Positions 62,900 through 64,000 of a stretch of 64,000 nucleotides of DNA are shown piece after piece. The notes beneath the pieces were generated by a model. The model had not been told where the DNA came from. It did no database searches and saw only the letters and a program-made list of their open reading frames with translations. Where the stretch lies: positions 1 through 64,000 of the forward strand of contig NIVC01000928.1 of NCBI GenBank assembly GCA_002269645.1, written 5' to 3'. The first letter of the stretch is position 1; every line of letters starts with the position of its first letter. Both the position numbers and the translations under genes were made by a program. The DNA comes from Macrostomum lignano. Taxonomy: Eukaryota.

Positions 62900-63725
62900 G
62901 GCAGAGGGCGGATTTTGGTGAGGGCGGATTTTGATGGTGAGGGCGGATTTTGATGAAAAGGGCGGATTTTGATGGAGAGGGCGGATTTTGATGGAGTGGG
63001 TGGATTTTGATGGAGAGGCGGATTTTGATGGAGTGGGTGAATTTTGATGGAGAGGGCGGATTTTGATGGTGAGGGCGGATTTTGATGGAGAGGGCGGATT
63101 TTGATGAAGAGGGCGGATTTTGATGGAGAGGGCGGATTTTGATGGTGAGGGCGGATTTTGATGGAGAGGGCGGATTTTGATGGAGAGGGCGGATTTTGAT
63201 GGAGAGGGCGGATTTTGATGGAGAGGGCGGATTTTTAAGAATGGGGAGGCGGATTTTTAAGAATGGGGAGGCGGATTTTTAAGAATGGGGAGGCGGATTT
63301 TTAAGAATGGGGAGGCGGATTTTGATAAAGAGGGCGGATTTTGACGGTGAGGGCGGATTTTGATGGAGAGGCGGATTTTGATGGAGAGGGCGGATTTTGA
63401 TGGAGTGGGTGGATTTTGATGGAGAGGCGGATTTTGATGGAGAGGGCGGATTTTGATGGAGAGGGCGGATTTTGATGGTGAGGGCGGATTTTGATGGTGA
63501 GGGCGGATTTTGATGGTGAGGGCGGATTTTGATGGAGAGGCGGATTTTGATGGAGAGGGCGGATTTTGATGGAGAGGGCGGATTTTGATGGAGTGGGTGG
63601 ATTTTGATGGAGAGGCGGATTTTGATGGAGAGGGCGGATTTTGATGGTGAGGGCGGATTTTGATGGTGAGGGCGGATTTTGATGGTGAGGGCGGATTTTG
63701 ATGGGGAGGGCGGATTTTAATGGTG
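62900..63725. repeat. 19-nt minisatellite (gatggagagggcggatttt)n in ADAR intron
   Basis: Direct reading. Confidence 0.9.
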
Positions 63726-64000
63726 AGAGGGGGACTGTAAGAAAAACGCCACCCTTTGCCCCAGTGAGCAGTTATCTTTCGACCAGCGTCTATCACTTGG
63801 CCAGCCATTCTGATATTGAAAGATGCTTCAAAAAAAACTATGAAAACCGGGCGGAAGCTTCAATCCATCCAATCTTCGCCCTCCGCTCTTCCCAATCCCT
63901 CCTCACCCAGCCCAACTCTGCATCGCGTGGCGCAAGTTGCGTCACTCAAAAGTCAACACTAAGCTAGAATTTACTGAGCACTCTCAAAGATGGCGACTTT

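Overview
Eukaryotic, intron-rich, non-microbial DNA. GC-rich exons alternate with introns and intergenic DNA packed with unrelated minisatellites (my rough tally is about a third of the window). This style resembles the flatworm Macrostomum, but that is inference. Minus strand: a degenerate piggyBac transposase (190-1212), an 11-exon transmembrane adenylyl cyclase (2713-14715; one frameshift and one splice-phase mismatch, probably assembly indels), a two-exon secreted prohormone missed by the ORF track (16137-17569; signal peptide plus 8 copies of FTRYPDFMLDRGIL flanked by KR/KKR), an FBXL7-like F-box/LRR gene, an uncharacterised gene, and the deaminase exons of an ADAR2-like gene. Plus strand: a two-exon allatostatin-A/galanin-type GPCR whose single intron holds nine perfect TGACGTCA (CRE) palindromes. 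Two tRNA-headed SINE families are present. Most long ORFs in the track are translations of tandem repeats. Best leads: the neuropeptide precursor, inverted satellite arrays tightly flanking the cyclase C2 exon, the CRE array, and a minisatellite built from an exon/5' splice-site junction.
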